From positions 992,001 through 1,056,000 of the forward strand of contig OZ025795.1 in assembly GCA_964019425.1 (NCBI GenBank): a stretch of DNA of 64,000 nt, read 5' to 3'. This document shows positions 24,226-35,567 of this stretch, piece by piece. The notes beneath the pieces are model-generated. The model did not search any database. It saw nothing but the letters and a program-made list of their open reading frames with translations, and was not told the DNA's origin. The DNA is from Flectonema sp. DT1601 (Eukaryota). Made by a program: the position numbers and the translations under genes. Position 1 is the stretch's first letter, and each line of letters opens with the position of its first letter.

Positions 24226-27200
24226 CTACCGAAATGAAACAGCACTGCGGACACCAGGACTTCGAACTCCAGGGGTACTAACAACAGCTGGTGTCGAGTA
24301 TTGAATAGCTGCACCGTCAGGCAGCCCGTTAAACGAAACTCTCGCACGAAATGGACGATCAGCCGTCGAGTCAGAATTAATATTATCGAGAATATGACAA
24401 ATGTTCTGTTTTTTGTTTTTTTGTTTTTTTTTTGAAAAAAAAAAAGTGACACTAAAAAAAGACCAGAAATAAACAACACACTGTTAGCACAGCATCATCC
24501 CCACTCATCGTCATCTGTAATTTTATTTTTTCAATCTCTTCTCCGTTACCAGCGAGTACATCTTTAAATGCCTTGTTGTGGACATCAGTATTAGTTTGAC
24601 TTGAGTCAACGAGACCCCAACCATCTTCAATTTGTTTAGAAAGAGACTCACCGAGTATCTCAAATAGGTGAATCTGTAATTCAGACTCAGTCGGGAGCCA
24701 GAGATCAACCATACGTAGGAATGGAGATACAGCGGAGTTACTTATTAAACTATTATCTGGTGTGCAGTCAGCTACAATCGCAAACGTTCCCAATGCTGGT
24801 GCCAGTTCTGCCGCAGCGTAAGCCGCACGTAGTGGTAAACCAAAAACTGTGTGGTATCTCTGAGTGCTGTTTCCGACATTTCCGTGTAGAAGTTTTCCAG
24901 TTGCAAGTCCAAGCTTTGCCATTTTCCCGACCCTCCATTGGATTTGAGAGGCGAATCTTATTGCTGCAGTTGTGTGAACTTTGCAAACCTTCGTGGCATT
25001 CCAAATTACCGTAAGTGATGTGCCGGTGACGTTTCCGGGAACTCCATCTGTCTGACTGGCAGCATCGACTGCTGCTCTCAACATTAAATTGTAGTTTTCA
25101 AATTCTTTTCCGCTTCGAGTGTCAGTTAAATTACAAACAGCTATAGTCAAGTGACTACTCGCTAGGGATAATCCCGTCTTCTTAGGAACACCACGTGAAG
25201 GTCGTTGAGCTCTCAAATTCATATTATCCTGACTTACATGTGACTTTGATGATGCCTCTCCTGATAACTCCCCCTCAGCTGGTGAAGTAATCTCGTAGGC
25301 AAACTTCTTACTAGATAACCGAGATGCTAAGGCTGAAGGACAGAGAGTAATGAGATCCTTTGTTCCAATTCCTTTTAAGTCATGTTTTCCATGATCTTGA
25401 ACTATTGGAGAGTCTAATTGAGATAACTTGTCTTTGAGTGTTAAATGAAGTTCTTTGCTGATACAAACCGTGCCAGGGACCGCCTTTGACTCTAATCTAG
25501 CAGCCATGTTTACGGTAGAGCCACGGTAGTCTGCTCTGCCAGTTAACGGATTCTCTTCAGAAACAGCTTCTCCAACTTGACAGCCAATTCGGAGACGGAG
25601 ACCATTCCATTGAGGAATGCTGTCAGTCGGTTTATCGAATTGAGGATTTAAATCCAAGTCACTCGGCCACTTTTGTTTGACAAAATCTAATTGAATTGAG
25701 AGCGAGAACTCTATAGCACGAAGTGGATTATCAAATGCTACCATGAAAGCATCACCGATTGTCTTAACTTCGTATCCTTCAAATTTATGAACATTCTTAC
25801 GAATGCAGGAGTTGTGTAGTTCGAGAGCGTCATTCATCGCTGATGGAGCTCTAGCCCATAGTGCAGTAGATGAAACAATATCAGTAAACACAAGTGCGAC
25901 ATCTCCCGATGGCGGTGCGATAACACTCATAACTTGAGAACCTTCAAGTACAGCAGTCGGAACGTACGCTTTGAATTCTTTGAGATTTCTAACCATTTTC
26001 TCAAAACTATTTTGCATCGCACTCAACTCATAGAAACTTGTTGGAATGGTTTCCGTTGAGTCCAAATCCATTTCTGATACCTTTTGCATCTGTTCTTGAA
26101 TTCCAGCCAACGGTAATAACATCCTGTAACTAATAAGGGCTGAGACGCATACCAAAACAATTAAGAAAGAAGATATTACCAAATACATTGTTCTTTGAGA
26201 TTCTATTATTTTATCACCTGTCTTCTTTGTGTCTGCAGCGACTACTTTTAGGAAAGTTTCTTGTTCTTCGATAACACTTCCGATTATGAAGTGTAAATCA
26301 ATGGCTGAGACAAGCCACCAATCAAGTCCCTCTGGTGGTGTGATTGTTGATACCTGAACTATAAAAGGGACGCCAACGCTGTCAACAACAGATGGTTGTT
26401 TACTGTCATAGATCTGCTGGTAGTTTACTCCTGATTCATTCACTCCGATTGCTATGCCCCTTATTGTTGGATCAGTTGCTTCTTCAGCTCTAAGAAGTTC
26501 CAAGTTCTCACCAGTCACTTCATAAACAGACCCATTGGATACAGCAGTCAGATACCCAACCTCATTAAGTCTCGTGTTCGGATATGACAACCCAAGTTGT
26601 TTAGTCCTCTCATAAAAAGGTGACGACCTAACCACCGTGTACAGATAAACTGAACCAGTACTGTTAGCCATTGAGACTTCAGCGATCCCTTTCAAGACTA
26701 ATGACATCCTCTCTAAGGAAAGTGATACTTCAATTGCTATAATTTTATCACTAACTGGATCATGTATTAAGGAAGTTAACAAGATACCAGAGTAATAGAA
26801 TCCTGTCAGTATATTTCTCCATCTCTTTGGAGAGCCAGGGGTCATTATGCCATCTCTGATGATTTCTCTAGTTCCAAAATTATCTTCAAAATTTAGTTGT
26901 TCGAAGACACTTGAGGGTAGTAATCCTCCATCATTAGGAGTCAGTATTCCGATGTCCCCTCTTCCACTTGAGGCTGAATAAGGTGGTCCTTTATTTTGAG
27001 ATACAAAGGTCTCATCTAAAATCGCATTATGAAATTGATAAAAGAAACGAATATAATCTCCATTCATTTCATAGGCACTCAGACCAACTGCAGCGAGCCC
27101 TTGTACCTGCATCGATTCCAAAGTGAACAGCATTAGCTTACGTTGGTCATGCATGTATTCCCAAGCAGATTTATCAGCTGAAATATTGGTGTATACATAA

Positions 27201-27559
27201 ATATTTGTCATGATGTCACTGGCAATGACTGCTGATTTCAGCATTTGACCGACGCTGTCACTTACAGATGCGGCGTTGAATGTGAGGAGGTCAACTGTGA
27301 CTCGGGTTAGTGTAGTTTGTGATTGTTCAAAACAACTATCTAGGTTACGACCACCATTCTTGCGAGTGTCCATAAGAGCGTCTTCATAGGAGACGATAGC
27401 GATTGCTGCTGTTACTCCTGCTGAGCATGCGACTGACAAGAAGCATATTAGTACAACACAAACCCGAACACTTTTCCACCAACTTCCCTTAACAATGTCT
27501 TTTGAGTCTTCCTTCATAAGACTGTCTTCTGGTTCAACAATTTCAAGGTTCACACTCAT
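24226..27559 (-). CDS. Receptor-type class III adenylate/guanylate cyclase (TM, extracellular domain, TM, HAMP-like, cyclase, degenerate second cyclase); intron 24481-24406
   Basis: Motifs VALVFTDIVSST.LW, GYEVKTIGDAFMVAF, GLRLRIG and DYRGSTVNMAARLES, with two hydrophobic helices. The final exon reads NICHILD...SAVSFR*. Confidence 0.92.
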
Positions 27560-28395
27560 TATTTTATCCTTTTATTTTGATGTGGACCCTGACACTTAAA
27601 GAATTAATCACAATGAACAAACCTACTTAAGTTATTTGAACAACAATAAATCTTCTCTTGACAAACAAACGAATAAAGTTGATATTTTGTTAGTAAGCTA
27701 CAACTGAAAAACAAAGAATCAATTTACAAAAATAAAAAACAATACCACTCTCACTGTCAAACGGACGTATTACACCTGCGGTGTCAACACCGAGGTGAGG
27801 AGTAAAACACAGTTAAATATAATATTTTTTCTGTTTTTTTTTTTTTTTTTTTTTTTGTGGTTTTTTTTTTTTATTATTTTCTACATTCAGAGTTGATGCC
27901 GCGGTCCAGTGGACCTGCTACCCGCAGCTGTTAGGAGGGTCGGGGTACCATACTGCTCACCAAGAATGTTGAAAAAAAAAACTAAAAATAAAATGACCCT
28001 TTTTAATTTACCCCTAATGCAGCTACTGGTTTATGCATTTTTTTTTTTTTTTTTCTGCTTTGTTAATGGTACAACAAGAGGGGACATGAATAACATTGCC
28101 CGCCAGTTTTTTTCTTTTTTCTTTTTTCTTTTTTCTTTTCATCGATATAGCTTCAGTGGTCAGTACATCCAGCAGAAGGCTGAGGTCACAACCAAGACCA
28201 AACCACGTGAAGTACGGCAACAGATTCGTGTACACGTTGGCATATTTACGTTTAATTTTATTTCTTTTGTTTGTTTCTCGAGTTTGTTTTGTCTTTGTTT
28301 TAGCGCACTGCAGGTCACCCGATGGTAACCAAACGCAAGCCTCCACAGCAATAGAAAAGAGAGATGCTATCAACGAGGACTATGAGAAGACTCTC

Positions 28396-29146
28396 TTAGT
28401 CACTCTCAGTTTTTGTGTTCTGTTTATTAGTTTTGATGTTATGAGAAGAAAAAAGAAGGGGAAATTAAAAACCCTACCGACTGGTTCAGGCTGAATGAAA
28501 TCAACAAATAAGAAACTACATACCCTGTCTCCTCTGCGTTTGCTTACCTTCTTCCCGCTCAGGTTCCACATTTTAGTACCTTCCTTTGGTCCATAAAATG
28601 CGATGAATTCCGACTTTGAGTAAGCTGAACCACCTCTTTGAGTAGGATCTCTTCTTCTTTCTTGTGGTTGGTCAAGGTTTCCAAGATTAAGTTCTTTAAT
28701 CAGAGTATGGACTAACTGAACCTTATTGTGTTTGTTCATCGCGCTAACCTTTTCGAAAACAGGTTCGAACTCAGCTTTGTTGGCTTCTTTGCTGGCATCT
28801 TTCATGGCGGAGATTCTCTCCTTGTCAGCAGCACGGTCTTCATCAGACTGTTGGTGTGATTTGTAAAAAACAATGCTGTTGTTATATTAAACAATCTGGA
28901 GAAGTAAAGAAAAAAAAAGCATACTAATTTAGCTCCCTTTGCAAGGACAGCATCTCCAGACACGTTTGTTCCCTTTAACTTTCCACCGTGACCATCAACC
29001 TCTTCTGTGTCGAAGTTAACACTGAGACCAACTCTCAGTTTCCCTTCATCAATTTCAGTAGTGTGGATGTACACGAGAGTTTTATCGTCCATCTCAGCAA
29101 ACCCAAATGGTCCTCTCCAGCTAATAACTTTTCCTGACTTAGACAT
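28396..29146 (-). CDS. Cold-shock-domain protein paralog 1 (CSD, helical linker, R.D...Y...EF.AFYG...W motif); introns 28924-28848 and probably 28523-28420
   Basis: GKVISWRGPFGFA...VYIHTTEI (RNP1/RNP2). GT-AG splicing joins track ORFs 28802-29146 and 28380-28805. The last exon is uncertain. Confidence 0.82.
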
Positions 29147-29390
29147 ATTTAAATAAGTGGAATCTAGAAGGTGATAGTTTGATAACGAGTTTTGTTACTT
29201 TAAAGTTAATCTTCGGAGGGATCTCTTTGATTATTTATTCACACCATGCTGTAATAGCTGCCTGTAACAACAAATATTTTTTGTTTAAAAAAGAAGGGAA
29301 AAAAAATGAAATGACATAAAAAAGAATATGCTGGCCAATGACTCACTTAGCTCGGATACTGGGATAGGGAGAAAAGCTTTCCGAGGATCC

Positions 29391-29422
<32 letters not shown>

Positions 29423-29870
29423 AAAGTTTGTTTTATTTTTTATTTTTTATTTTATTTTCTTGTTTCCCTTCCTCCAACAAGCAACATTGCAAGTTTCGTT
29501 CGTACATGCAACGTGCCTTATGAATTACTGTCTGAGCAAGGTACCTCATCTTTTCATTACAGTCCGCCGTGTAATTTTCTGTCAGTTGTCGTCATTAAGT
29601 GAATCCGATAAACTGCGCCACTTTTTCGTATTTTTTTCAGAATGAAAAAAAAAAAAAAAAAAAAGATAGATAGATAGATAGATAGAGATTACCACAACCA
29701 ACACAAAGATATCTGACATTTGTTATATTGCGTGCTCCTCCTCCTTTAAAATAATTTCAGAAAAAAAAAAAAAAAAAAAAAAAAAGTTTCAAGGACAAAC
29801 GCGAATCCAACGCTGAAAGCGTCGTGCCGACATAAAAAGGGATAGAGCAGTCAAGTTGCTGCTTATGGTG

Positions 29871-31804
29871 CTAGGGAATCGCTGGTGGTTTTAGGGACAG
29901 TGGATCTTCTATCCAGCTCTCAATATCCGACCTGTGAAATTATTTATTTAAGATATTATTATTCTTTAAAACAGTAACAAAGATAACACATACTTGGTAA
30001 TGGCTCTTGTCGTGTTTGTTTTCTCATCACGGGCGTACTTCCCTTTTAGTAGATCCCAAAGTGCTGAAGCCTCTTCGATATTCTTCTCGTCATCAGTCGT
30101 CTTTTCATTGTCAAATATTTTATTGAATATACGTTGTTCACATTTTTCACACTCCGCCAATGCCGAACTGATGGTATCAAAAGACGCAAGAGAGATTATG
30201 AATTCTTCGATGGCTTTCCATTTTAAGTTAAAGCAAGCATCAACAACACAGTCTTCAAAGAAACTGTCTAGAAGAGTCTCACGATCTTCTTCAGGACGTG
30301 TCATAATTATTGAGAAACATAACATTAAGTGATACGGTGATAACAAAACTGATCCAACCACATCTGGTAAACAAGGGACATTAGCATGAAAACTATTTTG
30401 ACCAACATTAACATATTGCCATAAAGGAAACTTTCCCCTATCAGTATTATGAGTAGCCATTGGTATTGATGACGTCGTCAGACTATCTGAATCTACTTTA
30501 CGCTGTTTAAGTTGTTGAGGAGTTAGTTTCATGTCCTTACAAAAAGATTCTAACATTGGTCTTGCTGCACTCACAGCCATTTCTCTTGCCTGTATTGATG
30601 ATCCAAACTCATCAGAGTGATTGTATATTTGATATTGACCACTCTTAGAATTTAGAGAATTCACCATTTTCAATACAGCACTGTCGCTGCATCTCAAAAC
30701 ACAAGTATCAAGATCGACTGCGTTTCCGGTCATTTGCTTCATAAGAGAAACACCAGATCCGTGATTATACACTTCAGGATCTGATGAAAACAACGTAGAC
30801 TGAAGATCATTATAAATCTTTGGTCCGTAGTACACTAAGTTACGCAGACCTAAAATTGAAAGAATTTTTCTTTCGTATATAGAGCCGTGGGACACATTCG
30901 CAAAGTATGAAGGCACTGGGCTCTTAGGAGTTATCATAAAATGATTTAAGTCGCTTGAATTACAACCATACTTAGATTGGTATTTATCTTTGGAAAGCTC
31001 TGTTAGTATATTATTGTAGCAGGCATCAAACAGTGCTGTTCGGAATTCATCTTCTTCGATGTGAATGATGTTGTTGTCTTCATTCTTCAATAGCACATCA
31101 ATCTTCTTAACTTCTTCAATAATCATTTCATAGCTCACGTCGACTCTTTTTGGAAGGGCAACACGTTTTCCTGACTTTCCGAAACCCTTCTTACTACCTT
31201 TACCTTTTAATGATTTTCCAGGTGGACCAGACCCAAAACCAAAACCGAATCCCGGCGGCGAAGGTGATTGTAGTTGCGATGATTTTTTTCCTTTCGATGA
31301 AGCTTTACCTCCTTTTACGGCTCCCTTCGAAGACTTCGTGGTGGTACTGAATTGAAGTGTTGTAGTGTTTAGTGCTAAGGGATCAAATCCAATATTAGAA
31401 ATATTAACGTCACTCAAAACTGGGGGAGAGAAACAATGAGATGACGATGAAGAGGAACAAGAAAGAGAGAAAGACCTGGAACGCTTTTTCTTAACTGCTT
31501 TGGCGGTGGTCGTGGCTGTTGTTGATTTTTCCTTCTTGGCGGGTTTACTTTTTTTTTCTGAAGCAGATATTTTTTTCGCAGGTTTTGGAGTGACCTTTGT
31601 TTTGGTACTCGATTTTGTTGTCGATTTTGTTGTCAACTTTTTTTCCCGCTTAGGATCCTTCTTAGCCTTCTTATCGTGCTTCTTTTTCAACTCAGCCGCA
31701 GGTTTCGTGCTGTTTTCCTTTATTGGTTTTGTCGAAGATTTCTTCTTTTTCGCTGCCGTTTTCTTATCGCGCTCAGTCTTCGACGCCTCGGCAGTTGTTA
31801 CCAT
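29871..31804 (-). CDS. Lys-rich N-terminal, globular C-terminal protein of unknown function; intron 29993-29932
   Basis: 612-aa ORF. A GTATGT...CACAG intron yields the final exon SDIESWIEDPLSLKPPAIP*. Confidence 0.75.
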
Positions 31805-32843
31805 TTTTTCAGTGTATTCCTCCTGCCGAGACTGGAGAAAGGAAATGGAGCCGAACCACTTTTCCTCTTAAGTTGAATAGCTGTATAACTTGATTTGAAA
31901 AGGGAGATCGCAACAAATACCCTGTCTCAAAGGAATTGGAGTGTAATTAGCGACAGTTATCTTCAACGATTTCCATGTCTAAAAACAAATGCAGGTGCTA
32001 GCAGTGGGCGCATACGCGATCCTCCGAGTTGCTTTTCGTCCATATGTTTTTTTATTTTTTTTATTTTTTCAAAATCAAAAGAAAAGAAGGAAAAAAAAAG
32101 AAAGAAAGAAGGGTGAAAACAAAAGGGGTAGGTCAGTAGACCCGAGAGAAGAAGGGGAAAAGAGGGAACGAACGCCGTCTTTGTACTTTTCGCTATGTGC
32201 CAGCTTGTTTTTTTTTCTCATATGGACAGTTGCAAGGGGACTTCAGAAGCAGAAAGCACTTGCTCCGTAGTCAGCGGGAAATGGCTGTGAGCGCGCAACC
32301 CCATCGCCCTCCACCACGAGAATTTTTTTTTTTTCAAATAAGATTTTGTAATTTCTATCTTAGGCGTTTTTTTTAATACTTTTTTTATTTTTTATTCTTT
32401 TTTTTTTTTTTTTTTTTTGGTTTATTTTTTTTTTTTTTGTTTCATTTTTTTTTTTTTTTGGTTCTTTAAATAAAAAGAAAAAAGCAAAATTAATCCTGGA
32501 AACCCCTGAATTTGAGTTCACGCTCGAATCATAAGTGGCTCTTGGTACTTCCTAGAAAACACCACTACTAAGAGCATGAACAACACTGTGAATAACTTAT
32601 GTAATGTTCGTCACACGCAGTTACTGTTGTTTTTTCTTTAGAAAAGGAAAAAAAAAAAAAAAGAAAAAAAAAGGGAGAAAGAAAAAAAGTGGTGTAGAGA
32701 GGGATAGTTAAGGAATTTTTATAACTTTAAGCATTTTCTTTTTTTCTCTTTTGTTATTGGTGTCTAGAGTATTGTATTACATCGCAACTCAGGTCTCTCG
32801 AAACACCACTCTTGCCTTACACTAAAAGCAGTCATCGACTAGC

Positions 32844-33626
32844 CTACTCTCTAGTAATCTTCTTGGTTCTGCTGGATTTCTGTTTTTGAGTTTGTTTGTT
32901 GAAACACATGCTCAGACACACGACGACAAAATAATTATTTTTTAGATAAATATATACCTTCTTGTTTCCAGCGTCCTTCCACATTTCAAGACCCTGCTTC
33001 TGTCCATAGAAAGCAACGAATTCACCCTGGCTGTAGGTCTGGGTCTTGTCTTTGGAAGATGGGTCAGGTCTCTTCTTTACAATTTCTCCAACTTTCTCGG
33101 TTTCAAGAAGCTTCTTGAGCATGTATACCCTGTTTAGGTTATTGTATTACTTATCGTGATTATTAAATTACAAAAAAGTATAAATCATTTTTTTTTTTAA
33201 ACATACTGGTTGGTCTTTGACATAGCAGTTACTTTCTCCCACACTGGTTCGAACTCCTCCTTGTTCTTCTCTATGGCCTTTTCCTTCAGATCATTCTTTC
33301 TCTTTTTGTCATCTTCAATCTGATCGTCAGTCTGTTTTGTATTTTATAAATAGGTAAAAGAAAAACTCGATCTAAGAAAGTGAAATGTCTAAAGAAAACA
33401 TATTACATACGAGGACGGCACCCTTGGCTGTGACAGCCTCTCCAGAGACGTTAGTTCCCTTCATTTTTCCTTCTTTTCCCTCTTCAATATCGAATTTTAC
33501 TTCGAGTCCCACTCTTAGTCTTCCACCGTCGATTTCACTGGTGTGAATGTAGACTGAGGTGCCGTCTTCGGTTTCGGCAAATCCGAATGGCCCCTTCCAG
33601 CTGGTAACCTTTCCTGTCTTCGACAT
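32844..33626 (-). CDS. Cold-shock-domain protein paralog 2; 4 exons (introns 33410-33332, 33206-33130, 32957-32880)
   Basis: GKVTSWKGPFGFAE...VYIHTSEI. The spliced frame is open through EFEPVWEKV and YSQGEFVAFYG to KSSRTKKITRE*. Confidence 0.88.
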
Positions 33627-34443
33627 TTAAAGAGTGTGCGTGGATATCTGACAGAAGGAAGTGATAACTATAAACCCTCTTAGTTACAAGACACTATAAA
33701 TTACATACACCAACTGGTAAGAAAATAACTGTACTAGTCTCATTGAACATCACTACAGCTAACACTAGTAAAGGTGTCGCAGACCCCGAACACCTTTCCC
33801 TTTTTACTAATTGGCTTCCTTGGAAGGAAGTAAAAAGAAGAAATCAAAAGCTTAAAAAATGAAAACAAAATAAATGGGAGGTAAGGGGACGGCTCAAACC
33901 GTAAACTTATTTGTTGCACTTATGAAACATCACTTTGTAACCTTTGTGATGTAATTGTTTTTTTTTTTGTTTTTTTTAAAGTAAATCGCGCTTATAGAAG
34001 TTTTATGCGTTTTATTTTTTTTTTTTTTTTTTTTTTCATTTCTTTTTCATTGTTATGTTCTCCTTACGTTCTTTTGTGCTTCTTTTTTTTTTTTTTTAAA
34101 CTTTTATTGGGATGCTCATTCTGTCCCCCTTAAAGGCATCATCGGCCTCTTTCCCATTTCGTGGGAAGGGGTGGCTCAGTGAGGGTTACAGAATTAGCTG
34201 TAGTTGTATTATCGTTTTCAAAACATTGCTCTACATTCGTTCGCGATACCCGTTCACAGTTGAACCACTATCCCCGAGAAACTCGCTGATAACGGAAAGG
34301 CACGGCCGTCCCTTTGGGAATGCATTCTAGTCTTGTACAGGAACTCAACTCTTCACAGGTGTGAAATGGAGAGGAAATCGCCGGGAAAATAAAAAAGGGG
34401 AGAAATGTTAGTTTGTCGCGACGTGAGTAACTTGAGAAGTTTT

Positions 34444-35283
34444 TTATTCGGTCTTCTCCTCGGATTTCTCCTCAACTTCCTCCTTCTCTTCGTCTCCTCT
34501 CTTTTTGTCAGTCTTTGGTCTCTGTATTAGTTACTTAATTGTCGTCCAATGCCAGATTTTCTTGAACCTTCGACTCAGCCGCCCAGAAGTTTCTAAACCA
34601 AACCTATGTGGTACATACCTTGCGCTTGGAGGTCTTCTTGGCTGAGTTCCATCTGGCCTCACCGTCCTTCTTTCCGTAGAATGCGAGAAACTCTCCCTTA
34701 GTGTATCTGTTGCTTCCCTTCTTCTGGGTGGTGTCAACTCTCTTCTCCTCCTCCTTTGAAATCTCAATTCCAAGGTTTTTGGCGAGTACCTTGGCAAGAT
34801 GGCGTCTGTTTATTTTATATGTATTGACCTGATATTTTCCGTATTTTATGTTGTTACACCACAATTATGACGTACCTGTTGCTGCGGCTCATTCCTTGGA
34901 CGAGCTCCCAGACTGGTTCGAATTCCTTCTTCACCTGAACCATGTTGGCGTCCTTGATCTCGGAGATTCTCTTTCTGTCAGCCTCGAAGTCCTCCTCAGA
35001 CTGTATTGAGTTGTGTTTGTGAGTACTAAATATTTACATTCTATTTAAATTTTAAAAGACAACATACGAGCTTCTCACCCTTGGCCAAGACAGAAGGTCC
35101 GGAGACGTTGGTTCCCTTTGGCTTTCCATCCTTGCCTTCCTCAACATCGTAGTTAACGGTAAGTCCGATTCTCAATCTTCCTCCGTCGATTTCGCTGGTG
35201 TGGATGTACACGGATTCACCATCATCTCCCTCGACGAACCCGAATGGTCCCTTCCAGCTGACAACCTTTCCGGACTTAGACAT
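34444..35283 (-). CDS. Cold-shock-domain protein paralog 3; 4 exons (introns 35067-35001, 34875-34806, 34618-34522)
   Basis: GKVVSWKGPFGFVE...VYIHTSEI. The spliced frame is open through YTKGEFLAFYG to ...EEKTE*. Confidence 0.88.
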
Positions 35284-35567
35284 GTTGATGTGTGGGAAGA
35301 AAATACTTCAGAGGAAAAGTAGATCAATAACAAGCAATTCCAAGAAATAATACTAATTATAAACTGATTTGTGTAAGTATGTTAAAACACAATTATCACC
35401 TGTGTTCAGAGACCGCTAGACTATAAGAGTCGGCCGAAAATCATACACAGGAAATGGTAGTAATAATTATAATCAATCCACCAACACAATGCTTGAGAGA
35501 GTTGGTACGAAGTACACATGAATTTGCCATTTGTTTCGGAACAGCGGCGAAGAATCTATTGATTTTC

